A model generated the notes under the pieces. That model did no database searches. It was not told where the DNA came from and worked only from the letters and a program-made list of their open reading frames with translations. From Octopus sinensis (Eukaryota): 64,000 nt of DNA. Shown here piece by piece: positions 12,132 to 25,380 of this stretch. The position numbers were made by a program, and so were the translations under genes. Within the stretch, counting starts at the first letter, position 1, and the number at the start of each line of letters is the position of its first letter. The stretch covers positions 9,238,001-9,302,000 of the forward strand of contig NC_043000.1 in assembly GCF_006345805.1 (NCBI RefSeq), given 5' to 3'.

Positions 12132-13290
12132 AATTCTATAATTAGGAATATAATTATAATTAGGGTTCAGTAAATTTTAGATGGTAGAACTCTAAGTTGA
12201 AGCAAATTTTGCTGAACCCTAATTATAATTATATTCATAATTATAGAATTTTTGTGTAAGTTTACCGATAATGTTTCTTTTAAGATACTGAACAACTTGG
12301 TAAAATTATTGATTATTAATGAATTAATGAATTAATTTCACCCTTTATTATTATGGATATATATATATATATAAACAGACGAATGAGTTATCTGGTATTG
12401 CTACAATTGTTTCCTTAGTTTTTATTTTGTCATAAGCATAATACAATTAATTAGACTCGCAACTCATCAGGCATTTAGGTAAAACAAGTGAGCAATGATC
12501 TGTTTATTAAGCAAATAATCAACAAACCAAATTCATAATCAGAACACCAGCATTTGAAGAAATTTAAGGTGGAGATGTCTCCGAGCAGTCAGTCAAGAAA
12601 AGACAGTTGAACAAGGTTATGAATATAAAGGCAGTTGGAGATATCAGGTTCTATAACAACTCATTAAATCAAGCAGCCTCGCACACAAAGGCGTGTGGAG
12701 GCAGAACTTATCAAAATATACTTTACTTTTGATTGCATCAAAATTAGGGTTTTTAGAAGTAATTGACCCTATCTGGCCTTTGAGATTTGGTTTATGCTGC
12801 GTTTGATATCCCTTGGTATGACCAATTAAAATTTCATTCGTATTGCTTTAGATCAAGTAATTGCAACGAAAGAAGGATAGATTCTCTTGCTTGATGGAAG
12901 CCGCAACAAGTCTTCCCCTCACACCAATAATTGGCGATTGGTTAGATGTTTTATGTTAAATTAAAGATTATTGCAATTCTGTCAGCAATGAAAGGAAAAG
13001 CAAATCCGTAGGAACATCAATATCACATCAAATACAGTAAGGAAGAAATATTGTAGATTGCTTGAAAGAACAGGCTGGCCTCTAATAGACAAACGTTTTC
13101 ACTCACGCGTCTTTCGTTTACTGTTAAACTGCAGTTTTTACTCTGCTGCATTTGAGTTTTGTCCATTGCTACACTTTTCCCTCAAAACTAGCAATCTCAG
13201 TGTCGTAGCGAGACTCTACCTGATTTCACATTATGCAAAAAATGATAACTAAATCTCCTTTCAACTTAGAGTTCTACCAACTTAAAATTA
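12128..13290. mobile_element. Unclassified element with ~28 bp inverted termini and a fold-back at its left end
   Basis: TGGTAGAACTCTAAGTTGAA at ~12182 and its reverse complement at ~13260; 45 bp arms at 12128-12172 and ~12206-12250; (TA)n on both sides. No convincing ORF. Confidence 0.5.
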
Positions 13291-13349
13291 ACATTATATA
13301 TATATATATATATATAATATATATATATATATAATATATAATATATACA

Positions 13350-13508
13350 CCGTATTTTAACGTGTAAAAGGAACCCTTTTTTGTCAAAAATAGGTTAAAA
13401 AATATGAGAGTTTCTTATACATGGATAGTAATTATAATCTCATAAAAAACCTTTTTCCCAAATTTTAACCCCCCAAAATTAGGGGGATCCTTATGCACGT
13501 TAAAATAC

Positions 13509-13510
<2 letters not shown>
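13350..13510. mobile_element. Tc1/mariner-superfamily MITE (pogo/Tc2-like termini)
   Basis: TIR CCGTATTTTAACGTG...CACGTTAAAATACGG followed by TA. Confidence 0.8.
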
Positions 13511-13605
<95 letters not shown>

Positions 13606-13695
13606 TTGATGTGTGCATAATACATATATGTATATATATATACACACACGTACATACATACATATAACATAAAAACACACGCACATCATATATTC

Positions 13696-13737
<42 letters not shown>

Positions 13738-13849
13738 TTAAATTTAAAATAATAAGGCTGAAAATTGATTAATTTGATTAATATCAATTTAAAACCAGTG
13801 GTCTAGCATATAGAAAAATTTGAAGATTCAGAAAAATGATATTACTTAC

Positions 13850-14134
13850 ATATAAGAGGGATGACCACTAAGTGAACATCCATTATGCTAGGAGTCGACC
13901 CCTATGGTCTTACCACTAAGAAAGGAATGTTCTCAAGAAAATTTAGCAGACGGCAGACCGTAAGTGAGCAAGACTAAAGAAAAGATACAAAATATATTTT
14001 GTATCTTTTCATTAGTCTTTTCATTAGACGGTCTGCCGTCTGCTAAATTTCTTGAGAACATTCCTTTCTTAGTGGTAAGACCATAGGGGTCGACTCTAGC
14101 ATAATGGATGTTCACTTAGTGGTCATCCCTCTTA

Positions 14135-14137
<3 letters not shown>
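13850..14137. repeat. ~290 bp near-perfect palindrome of a dispersed fold-back family
   Basis: Arms ATATAAGAGGGATGACCACTAAGTG... and reverse complement, centred on AAAATATATTTT at ~13995. The flanking segment 13745-13850 is shared with ~52310-52410 and, inverted, with ~9455-9545. Confidence 0.9.
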
Positions 14138-14176
<39 letters not shown>

Positions 14177-14209
14177 ATCTATCTATTTGTCTATATACAT
14201 ATATACATA

Positions 14210-14309
<100 letters not shown>

Positions 14310-14821
14310 AACATATACATGCACTCACACACACGTCGAATAGTTAAATAGAAATAGAAATAACCAACAGGAGAATTTCAAGAGACGTTCACAGTTAATA
14401 TTATTAGTCTGAAGGTAAAGGAAGTAAAAGTGTGCCTTTGTGTACATGTTCGTCCCCGCCACCACTTGACAACTGGTATTACTTTGTTTACGTTGCACAT
14501 AATTTAGCGGTTCGGCAAAACACACCGATAGAATAAGTAGCAGACTTTAAAATAAGTACTGAGGCAATAAAGGCGATGTGCCAACATGTCTGTAGTCCTA
14601 TGGCTGAAACCCTTGCAAAAACAAAGACGACAGAAGGAAATTAATAGTACTAATCAGTTTACTTCTCCAAATTCTTCAAACTTTACTATAAGCACAAAGC
14701 CAGAAATTTTGTGATGCATGTGCCTGCTGTACCCATATCAGATGGGTAGGCATGATGGGTATACTGGGCTCCGTATATTTTACCCCAGTGTTACTTTGAT
14801 GGCATGCACTACTCTCTCACT

Positions 14822-15012
14822 CAATAATAATAATAATAATCCTTTCTACTGGAGGCACAGGACCTCATATTTGTGGAGAGGGGACTAATAGGTCACATCG
14901 ACCCCAGTGTTTCACTGGTACTTCATTTATCGACTCTGAAAGGATGAAAGGCAAAGTCGACCTCGGCGGAATTTGAATTCAGAACGTAGTGACGGGCGAA
15001 ATACTGCTAAAC
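14822..15012 (-). mobile_element. SINE family B fragment
   Basis: GAAAGGATGAAAGGCAAAGTCGACCTCGGCGGAATTTGAA core; (ATT)n tail. Confidence 0.8.
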
Positions 15013-15319
15013 AGATAGATAGCCCGCAGCCTTAAATGAGATAGTAATTATGAATTAACATTTATATTACCTGAGCCCTTGACAGCTTATATCAGCTTAT
15101 ATCATAGTGGGACCAATATCGTCTCAACAGTCACCAGGACATCATCAGACAATTTTCGACTTTCTCCAGCCTTGTCAGTGCTGTATACATCTTAGTCACG
15201 AGCCAAGACAAAGCTTGTCTTCGATATGTAGAAGAGATTGAAAGACACATATTGCAGAAAGTTATTTGGCTGAACATCTGGCGTTATCGTGGGCCACTGC
15301 GGGAGCTTTTTAGCTTTTA

Positions 15320-15730
15320 TTTTTATTTGTTTCAGTCATTAGACGGTGGTCATGCTGGAGCATACCGCCTTGAAGAATTTTTAGTCAAAACGAAATGATT
15401 CCAGTAGTTATTTTCTTTTTGGTACTTATTCCATTGGTCACTTTTACTGAACCGTTAAGGTACAGAGGACGTAAACCTACCAACACCGGTTGTCAAGCAA
15501 TGGTGAGGAAAACGCAGACACAAAGACACGCACGCACACACAAGCACACACACGCACACACATACACACGATAGGCTTCTTTCAGTTTCCGTCTATCAAA
15601 TCCACCCGCGAAGCTGTGGCCGGTCCGAGGCTATCGTAGAAGACACTTGCCGAAGGTCCTACGCAGTGGGACTGAACCTGGAACCATGTGGTCATGTGGT
15701 TGGGAAGTAAGCTTCTTACCACACAGCCAT
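15320..15730 (-). mobile_element. SINE family A (tRNA head, internal (TG)n, LINE-like tail)
   Basis: Matches the copies at 32455, 37350 and 39245. Confidence 0.8.
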
Positions 15731-16588
15731 ATCTATGAAGAAATTTTCTCTCGGACAAAAACACAGCACTATACCTTTTATTGCTGTATATACTTTAGGT
15801 ATGTGACATAGATGGCTATTTTAATTTAATGTTGCTTCAATTGCATACATAGAGTTATTTCCCAGCGCAGTGGCGTTCTGTAATATTAGCGAATGCATTA
15901 TTCATTGTTTCCTACATATGGTGATGGGCTCAAAATAACTGAAACGTTGAGACGAAGTTGGTCTCCGATATATATTGTGTTTTTAACACATGTCTATAAA
16001 GAGATGTTCTCTCAGACAAAAAAACACAGCATCGTATTCGTCAACGTTATATATAGCTTAAGCATGATGCATAAACGGCTATTTTGAAAAAATCAGCATT
16101 TTCAATAATATATTCTGATGGCATTTGGTAGACACGTTACTTTCAAATTCCGCCAAAGACAGCTTTTTATTTCATTCTTCGGACAATGAAAGAAATAAAA
16201 GTAGTACAGAGGGTTGATTCAATGGATTTTTGCAAATATTTGCCATGCAGTTTATTGATTGAATCGATTTCAAACACAAGTATAAGACAATGAGACATTA
16301 AACAAACGACTTTGACGAAAGAACAGTAGAGAACGCAATTGTTTTATGATATTGTGCTTTGTCCTTGTTGGTTCTCAACTCAAATGAATATTGGTTTTAC
16401 TCGTCGTATTTTCAAGGGCAACACATTAGTTAATATTTTTGCATCAATAAAATAACAGTCTAATAGTTGATTCAAAAGACACTAGTTATAATATGCCCAG
16501 AATCGGTTATTCAACCGAACTGCAAACAGTTTCAGTGTAAAAAAAAATATCTTTGAATTCTATTAAAATAATTTGTTATATAGAAGTA

Positions 16589-16936
16589 CAGGCAGACCTT
16601 ACTTGCGCCGGTAATTGGTTCCAAGACATGCGACTTAACTAAAAAAGCGGAACAACGTTTTAAAAGCACGACAAACATTATAAAAAATTTATTAGCTCAT
16701 ATCTGTAATAATAAAAGGTTTGTACATATTTTTATATGTATTTTTTTTTATTTTCCTTTGCAGTATTCGTTTCAGGTGTGTTTATAGTCTTTTATGCTTT
16801 TAAATGTTCTGATAAACCGACGGAAATTGAGATTTATTTTTACAAGTAATTTCTTTAACCCCACTCCCATAAAAAAAAAAACCTTCTAAAAACGAAAAGG
16901 ATGTAATTTGAAACGACGTAAGTTGAGGCATGCCTG
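16589..16936. mobile_element. Old Tigger-like MITE
   Basis: TA|CAGGCAGACCTTACTTGCG ... CGTAAGTTGAGGCATGCCTG: degenerate TIRs. Confidence 0.45.
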
Positions 16937-17760
16937 TTGTCTTTAATTCGCAGCTAACGGTTTACTGAATGTATAACTTGAGCACTGACTTGCTTGATAA
17001 AGAATTAATTCCCAATAGGAAAAAAATATTATTATTCTTTCTTTCTTTTTTTTTCTTTCTTTCTTTCTCTTTCAATAATTAACTTTCGATGTTAACACCC
17101 ACATACAGATACTGTAGCATGAATTATTTTATGAAGTGCTTTATGATTTTTAAAATATCGATTTCTTACATAGACACGTGACCTCACATTTTGGGGGATG
17201 AGAATAGTCGATTAGATTTATCTCACTACTTGATTTGTGCTTTATTTTATCGATCTTCTCGCAGGTTGAAATACATATATCTCTAGCAAGATTTGAACTC
17301 AAAACGTAAAGGTAACACAACTAAGTACATCGATGTACCGATTTTGCCCCCCGACTTATTTATCTTTATTTCATTCTGGTTTATACAATGCATTAGGGTT
17401 GTCATTGGATGGCTCTAGCGGCATATCAGTTGCTTGACCTTGATTGAACTCTTTTCTGTGACTGGTTTCTCGTTACCCATCTCATGGCCCGATATAGCCA
17501 ATTCAGAGAGTGGACAGGATAGAGAGAGAACTATAGGCAAGAGAGAGTGAGAGAGAGAGAGGGAGTTAGAAATAGTGAAGGTAGAGATAGGGAGTGAGAG
17601 AGAGAGAAATGGAAAGAGGGAGAAAGAGATCACTGTACTAGACTGGCATTTTATCGAACTCATAAGGGTACAAAGTAGCAAAAAAATAAAATAAAATAAA
17701 ATAAAGCAGACTTAAGCGTGATTTGAAACCGAACATAAAGAGCCAGCAAAGATGCCACAC

Positions 17761-17817
17761 ATATTATTATTATTATTATTATTATTATTGTTATTATTAT
17801 TATTGTTATTATTATTA

Positions 17818-17900
<83 letters not shown>
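17761..17900. repeat. (TTA)n microsatellite
   Basis: Direct reading. Confidence 0.95.
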
Positions 17901-17941
17901 TAACGCTGAAACTATTCTAGTAATTCAGCGACGTTTTCTAT

Positions 17942-18041
17942 NNNNNNNNNNNNNNNNNNNNNNNNNNNNNNNNNNNNNNNNNNNNNNNNNNNNNNNNNNN
18001 NNNNNNNNNNNNNNNNNNNNNNNNNNNNNNNNNNNNNNNNN
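17942..18041. other. Assembly gap (100 N)
   Basis: Run of N. Confidence 0.99.
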
Positions 18042-18320
18042 TATCCTTGTTGCATATTTGGATTTTAATTACCTTACTTTGAAAGTGTATGGATAATACT
18101 GTGCTAAATTCTGGTGCCTCAACTTAAGTACCATATTCATCTGAGTCTCTCTCTCTCTCTCGCATAACATATATGCATGCATATATGATACACATACATG
18201 TATATGTATCTGTATATATATATATATATAATATATATATATCTAATATATATTATATATATATATTATATATGTATATATATAATAATATATGTATATA
18301 TAATATATATATATTATATG

Positions 18321-18370
<50 letters not shown>

Positions 18371-18619
18371 GTATATATATGTATATACGTATATATATAT
18401 ATATACATATATAAACATATATGTATATAAATGATAAATAATTATATGTTATTGCTGTTTATCTGCATATAAAAGAAATGAAATATCAAAGAATATTGAT
18501 AAAACATAACTTTCATATAAATGAAAGTCTATCGCAATCTGTATGAATTTATGATAGGAAATGTGTGACGGATCTGCAGATCAACTTTAGAAAAAATACA
18601 TAAGACTTGGGGATAGAAC

Positions 18620-18712
<93 letters not shown>

Positions 18713-18788
18713 TGTTTGTGTGTGTGTGTGTGTGTGTGTGTGAGTGTGTGTACATATATATATATGCACACATATATATTCATATATA

Positions 18789-20203
18789 CAGTTGCGGCCA
18801 AAATGATCAGAACGGTTGAAAAAATAACAAAATAATCAAAAAGTGACAGAGAATGCTGGAATTATTTCATATCTAGTGTGAAGCCCTTTAGCTTCAATCA
18901 AAGTTTGACATTTTGACTGCATGGAGAAATTAAATTTTCAATTTATTGCTGGGTGATCTTATTCCATTCTTCCTGAAGGGCATTCCATAATTGCTCGGTT
19001 GTTTTAGGATTTCTGGCTTTCAAACGTTCTCCTAGAATATTCCACACATTTTCAACAGGATTGAGGTCTGGGCTTTGAGCAGGCCAATCCATAACAATAA
19101 CCTTTTCAGCCTTGAGGAAGTTCATGACCACCTTAGCCTTGTGACATGGGACATTGTCCTGCATGAATATGGGTGGTCGGTTAGTTGAATTTCTCAGCAC
19201 AGGCAAGACATGATCTTTTAGAAGTGAAGTTTTTTATAAACTCCTGCATTTACCTTTCCATGTTTTCGCAGCAAAAGGGCCCACAACATCTCCAGATATC
19301 ATCCCCCAAACCATGACACTTCCTCCACCGAATTTAACACTAGTCTTAAGGCATTTAGGTGACAATTTTTCACCTGCTTTTCCCATCTGAGCCAAATAAC
19401 ATAGACTTAGATTCATCACTGAAATGCACCGTTTGCCATTTTTCTTGAGACCACAACACATGTTCGGTTGCAAAGGTAAGACGACACTTTTATTTTGGAG
19501 CTGATCAGTGGTTCACTGCAGGTGCTCTTGCTTGTAGGTCATGTTCAACTAAAGGACGAGACACAGTTTTCGAGATAAAGTTTTCTTCAGTACATTGCTC
19601 ATTTCCCGAAAAACAGCAGCAGCAGTTTTAATTCTGTCCTTTTTAACCAACTTTACCATAGCATGATCTTCTCTTGGTCGTTTTCTTGGCCTACTGTAGA
19701 CTTCTTACTTCACACGAACAACAATCATCGTAGACCTTAAGAATACCGTGAACAACACTTTTTGACTTGTTAACAATCTTTGCAATAGACCTAATACTTA
19801 AATTATCCTTCTTTCGAAGCTTAATAATCTGCTGACGAATTGGTAAGGAGTAAGTGGCAATTATATTAACAAAGTACACTGCAAATATTCTTACTAATGT
19901 TTAGTAAACGAACCGTCACATAAACAAATTCAAAACATTAGAGTTCGACGGTTAAATATACTAAAACATGGAGTAAAAGCAACCGTTCTGATAAATTTGG
20001 CCGCCATGGGTTTTGCAGTAAATCACTAAATCATCCATAACTTTTTTATTATCCTCTCAAATTACACCAAAATCTCAGACAATAACAAATAATATCGTAA
20101 TTATTGTCTGTGAAAATTATAGAATATAAAACAACTTTGATAAAAACTTATACCTACTTTTCTGACGAAAACAATGCCGTTCTGAACATTTTGGCCGCAA
20201 CTG
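18789..20203 (-). mobile_element. Full-length decayed Tc1 transposon
   Basis: TA|CAGTTGCGGCCAAAATG(A/T)TCAGAACGG TIRs|TA; frameshifted transposase with FSDES, VKFGGGSVMVWG, FMQDN.PCH, WPAQSPDLNPVENVW. Confidence 0.95.
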
Positions 20204-20214
20204 TATATATATAT

Positions 20215-20455
20215 ATATAATTTTAATCCAAACGGGAAACAAAAAAACAACAACAAAGGAACAATTACAGTATTATTATTAATAGGCGCTCAGGAAAAGG
20301 AAGCAGGGAGGTATGACGTTTCGAGCGGAGCTCTTCGTCGGAAACATAAAGAAGGAAGAGAGAGGAAAGAAAGATCCCAGAGCGGGCAACAGGGAAAGAG
20401 AAAAAAAAAAAAGAAAAAAAAGACGACTGGTGTTTACGAGTAGCACATGGTATAT
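20215..20455 (-). mobile_element. Short non-coding hammerhead-bearing element between (TA)n tracts, same family as 62555-62790
   Basis: Shared GCTCAGGAAA..GTTTCGAGCGGAGCTCTTCGTCGGAAACAT core. Confidence 0.65.
20311..20345 (-). ncRNA. Variant minimal hammerhead motif
   Basis: GTTT CCGACGA A GAGC TCC GCTC GAAA CG TC ATAC: U4C core variant, an extra A before stem II, one mismatch in stem I. Confidence 0.6.
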
Positions 20456-20740
20456 ATATAATACACACACAGAGGCAGACACAAGACAGAGACAGAGAGA
20501 GATATTCAGATATACAGACGACAGACAAGCAGACAGGTAGACAGAAGGATAGATAGACAGGTAGATACAGACATAGAAAAAAGCACGGAAAGAGATAGGT
20601 GGGGGAGGAGAAAAGAGAAGGATATAAAGAATGAAAAATCTCTATTGTCAACATTTGCCAATCTTGCTCAGGTTTCACACAACGGTTGGGATTTTCGTGT
20701 TATTCTTTCTACTGGAATAGCAGTCTTCACTTTGCATATA

Positions 20741-20848
<108 letters not shown>

Positions 20849-21038
20849 TTGGTGTGTGTGTGTATGGTGTGTGTGTGTGTGTTTGTGTGTGTATATATGT
20901 ATGGATGGATGCATATGTGTGCGCGTATGTGCATATCTTTATATACATATATGTACATACTCACACACATATATAGTATATAAATCTTTTATATATACAT
21001 ATGTGTGTGTATATATATCTATCTATCTTTCTCTCCTT

Positions 21039-21093
<55 letters not shown>

Positions 21094-21150
21094 GCAAAAG
21101 CAAACACACCACACATGCAATCACAAGCAGGCAAACATGCAAACGCAAAA

Positions 21151-21186
<36 letters not shown>

Positions 21187-21188
21187 CT

Positions 21189-21219
<31 letters not shown>

Positions 21220-21544
21220 ACACACACTCATAAACACACAAAGGGTTGAAACCTACTTTGTACACTGTGTATGTTAACTAACTAACGTTATTATTATATA
21301 ATAGAAATCTAGTTATCGTGAACGAGCGAAGTAGTTTACGCAATCAAGCATATCAGTAGAAACTATATTCTTCTTAATCGATAGCTTCAAACAATTTTTT
21401 GTCATGTATTTTCAGCTATTTTTTTCACATCCTTTTTTTCCATCATTTATCATTTAAGTAAGTCTTGGTTTTTTACACAGCGCTTTTTTAACGGTTAAAG
21501 GCAAAGGATTTTGGTGGTAGGAGTAATTTCAAAATTGCTTCACC

Positions 21545-21950
21545 ATCATCGTCATCGTCATCGTCTTGTTGTTGTTGTTCTTCTTCTTCTCCTTCTTCTT
21601 CTTCTTCTTTTTCTTCTTCTTTTCTTCTTCTTCTTCTTCTTCTTCTTCTCCTCCTCCTCCTTCTTCTTCTTCTTCTTCTTCTCCTTCTCCTCCTTCTCCT
21701 TTTTTCCTCCTTCTCCTTCCTCTTCTTCTTCTTCTTCTTCTTCTTCTCCCCTCCTCCTCCTCTTCCTCCTTCTTCTTCTTCTTCTTCTCCTCCTCCCTCT
21801 TCTCCTCCTTCTCCTTCTCCTTCTTCTCCTTCTCCTTGTTGTTGGTGTTCTTCTTCTTCTTCTTCTTCTTCTTCTCTTCTTCTCCTCCTCCTTCTTCTCC
21901 TCCTCCTTCTTCTCCTCCTCCTCCTCCTCCTCCTCCACCTCTCTCTTTCC
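21545..21950. repeat. (CTT/CTC)n polypyrimidine tract
   Basis: Direct reading. Confidence 0.95.
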
Positions 21951-22589
21951 TCTAGCTATTTTCTTGTCTCCCCACCACTACGCGTCCGCTTCTTTACTCC
22001 AGCTTTTATCTCCTGCTTTGCCTTCCATTACACGGCATCCATTAATATTTCTCAACTCCACTCTTTTACATTCCCTGTATGACTCCAAGAAGAACACCTT
22101 TCTCCCACTTTTTTGCAGAACTTTGTTGTTGATGTTGTCGTTTTTTTTATGGTTGTTGTTTGTTGTTCTTGCTTCCATCGTCGTCGTCGTTGTTGTTCTC
22201 AGCTAATTTCAAACTATGTATAAGCAAATTTACACATTTTCTAAGAGCAGAAAACAATATTAAATTGATGGGACTCAGAGGACGATGATTTGAAATAGAG
22301 GTTGAGAAAAAAGAAAGATAGAAACAATCAAATAAACAAAGGAAGGAAGAAAAAAGAGAAAAAGACGAAAAGCTAGAATGAAATATACAAAGGCAGGGAG
22401 ACAGTAAGGAGAAAAGAAGTATAGTAGTTAGGGGAAGAAAGAAAGAAAAAGTAAGTGAAGAAGGAAGGCAGGAAGAAAGCAGTGAAAGACAAAGAAGGAA
22501 TATAGGTTAAAAGGAAAGGTGTAAAGAGGAAAGGCAAGGAAGAAAGAAGATAAAAATGCCGAGGGAAAATAAAAGAAATTAATCCTTTT

Positions 22590-22775
22590 TTATTATAGGC
22601 ATAAGGCCTGAATTTTCTACGGGAAGGAATCGTCGATTATATCCACTGGTACTTATTCTATCGACCTCGGGAAGATGAAAGGAAAAGGTGAGCTCGGTGG
22701 AATTTGAAATCAGAACGTAAAGCCAGAAGAAATGTTGTTAAGCATCTTGGCCGGCATGCTAACGATTCTGCCAGA
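22590..22775 (-). mobile_element. SINE family B, decayed
   Basis: Similarity to the 34510 and 43870 copies. Confidence 0.7.
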
Positions 22776-23472
22776 AATTTATAAAGGCAAGAATAGAAAG
22801 AAAAATAAGAAACGGTTAAGGGACATTAACAGTAAAGATTGAAAAAACAATTAATATCGCCTACAACCGGTGTTGGTTGGTTTTACACTCCTGTAAATTA
22901 GCGGTTCGGTAAAAGATACCCTTAAACTAAGTACGAGACAAAAAAAAGGGACAAAAATGTATGACCGAAACAAATAACGATAAAAGATAAAATGTAATGA
23001 TACTGATAATAATTCATAAAAAAGGGGAAAGAAACAACATAATGACCATAGTAAGCAAGCTGAAGAGCGAATGAATTATATGCACCGAGGTTTTGAATTA
23101 AATTCATTATGGCAGTTAATATTTTTGATCGCATTTTAAACAATGAATATGAGATTACCTTTAAAGATTACCTGTAAAGATTACCTATAAGAATACACTT
23201 AGGAACGATACTGGAAATTGTAATACTAGCAACTGTAAACATTGTTTAGACATCGATTGACTGTCAGAAGATGTTTTAACAGTATTCTTCATTTATGGAT
23301 TGTGTAAACATCAACCATAAGCAACGCAGCATCTGTAATAAGGAAATACATTAAAATGTCATAAGTAAAAGGGCAAACAATTTTGCAGATAGTGACACCA
23401 AATGCATTATAAAAGAAATAATTTCATCCCTATTAGAAACTGAATATTCCAAAGGGAGTCTCTGGCTCTGCC

Positions 23473-23558
<86 letters not shown>

Positions 23559-23787
23559 CTTTCTCTCTTTCTGTCTCTTTCCCTCTCATTGTAATTTCTT
23601 TCTTTCTGGTGTTAATATTTATTAACTAGGAATGGACTCAGATACATATGCTATGGTATATTTGGTATATGCACTACCTGAAGACGCACGCTACAGACGG
23701 AAAACAACTGGAGATGCTATTGTAACTAGGGAATGGATTTACTAGAGAAACTGATATATAATTTCGGATGAGAAACATGCACAAAGG

Positions 23788-23962
23788 CAAGAAGAAGAAG
23801 AAGAAGAAGAAGAAGAAGAAGAAGAAGAAGAAGAAGAAGAAGAAGAAGAAGAAGAAGAAGAAGAAGAAGAAGAAGAAGAAGAAGAAGAAGAAGAAGAAGA
23901 AGAAGAAGAAGAAGAAGAAGAAGAAGAAGAAGAAGAAGAAGAAGAAGAAGAAGAAGAAGAAG
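23788..23962 (+). repeat. Uninterrupted (GAA)n tract
   Basis: Direct reading. Confidence 0.97.
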
Positions 23963-24029
23963 AGCAACAACAACTAGGTAAGGGCATTGAGATGTTAGCT
24001 GAGTGCGTGGCTTGGAAATAACAGGTTGT

Positions 24030-24330
24030 GATAGAGAATTAGAAATACAAAATCTCATGGGACTTCTCCATTAAGCTGACCTTACTATTGATGCAAAAAA
24101 AAAGAATCAGATATGTATAAGATCATATACTTTGTAATTCCTATTACAACAGAGCCAATATCAAAGAAATCGAAAAAAAAATATTGAGAAATTTTCGGAT
24201 CTAGCCAGAGAGCAGAAGACTGTGGAAGACTAAGACAACAATTATTCCTGGCAGCCTGCATAAAAATACCATCCGATATTCTTCAAGAATTCTAAGAAAT
24301 ATTCTTGTTATATGAAGAGACTTGTTGTCA
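24030..24330 (+). mobile_element. Heavily decayed R4/Dong-type REL endonuclease fragment
   Basis: KISWDFSI..IIYFVIP..IEKFSDLARE..KTTIIP parallels 60480-60740; (TAA)n follows at ~24428. Confidence 0.55.
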
Positions 24331-24427
24331 CGAAACCTCAAGATAGCATTCCTACTAATTAAATTAGCATACACTAGCTATACCACCACAACAAACATCA
24401 CGACGATGACCACCACCACCACCAATC

Positions 24428-24483
<56 letters not shown>

Positions 24484-24759
24484 AAGAAGAATGATTCTAC
24501 TATACGTATATGGTTAGTAATTTTACGGAGAGGAAGAAAGTGGACATTGTCGACCCCAGCACTTGACCGGTGCTTATTTTATGAAATCCGGAGGGATAAA
24601 AGGGAAGTTGCCCACGACGAGATTTTAATTCAGAACCAAAAGAGCAGGAAACAAATTCTGCAATTTTTTCCCATTGTTTTAATGATTCTACAAGAACAAC
24701 AACGGCAACGACGGCGACGAAGACAATGATGATGATGATGATGATGATGATTTTGATGA

Positions 24760-25380
24760 TATTTTTTACCTTGAATTATTTTGTTGGCTTTGATCAAAAG
24801 AGCTGTCATATGATACAAATGATGTCACATAAGAGTATTAGAAAACACGTGGAAAAGTAGGTATACTCGTACACTAACGGGGAGTGACAAATCATATGGC
24901 CACATTTGATAGAAAATTCAAAATGTACTGAGAAAAAATTTGGAAAGCGTTTATGTTCAGAACCAGATGACCTATTTAGCAAGGTGTACATATGTTGTGT
25001 GTATCCTGCCTTGAAGGTACTACTAGTTCTTCCTACATAATTCTTTTGGGTTGCCACCTCTCCACAGAACTTTGATCCCGTATACAAATATTATGGTTAG
25101 CTACTGACAATTTAGCGAACAAGGTGATAGATTGTTAGATTTGTATTCTGCTGACCTAATTATATCTCTATAAGCGAAATTGCTTTTATGAGTTTATAAA
25201 TTGAACTTCCGACATTTTGAGTACAACTATAGCTAACCTTAAAATAGTTATCAAAGACCTGGAGATGTTTGTACATCGTGTGGAAACACTTCATGATTAA
25301 TGCTAAGACATTTTGTGTTATATCTAACGCTACATTTACGATGATCTCTAACTGAAATATTTCAAACATTTCCATTTATG
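24760..25380 (-). pseudogene. Decayed Neptune-type PLE fragment (post-RT linker + GIY-YIG)
   Basis: LALIMKCF..VFDNYFKVSYSCTQNV matches the PLE FNRNTxKVSYSC linker; followed by KNYVGRTSSTFKAGYTQH..FSIK..TC..LC. Confidence 0.72.

Noticed and set aside
15915-15950. GTGATGG..GAAACGTT hammerhead-like string
   Set aside because: No stem I or stem II pairing.
21511-22206. Poly-Leu/Ser/Glu/Arg ORFs, also at 23674-24058 and 49489-49812
   Set aside because: Triplet-repeat read-throughs.
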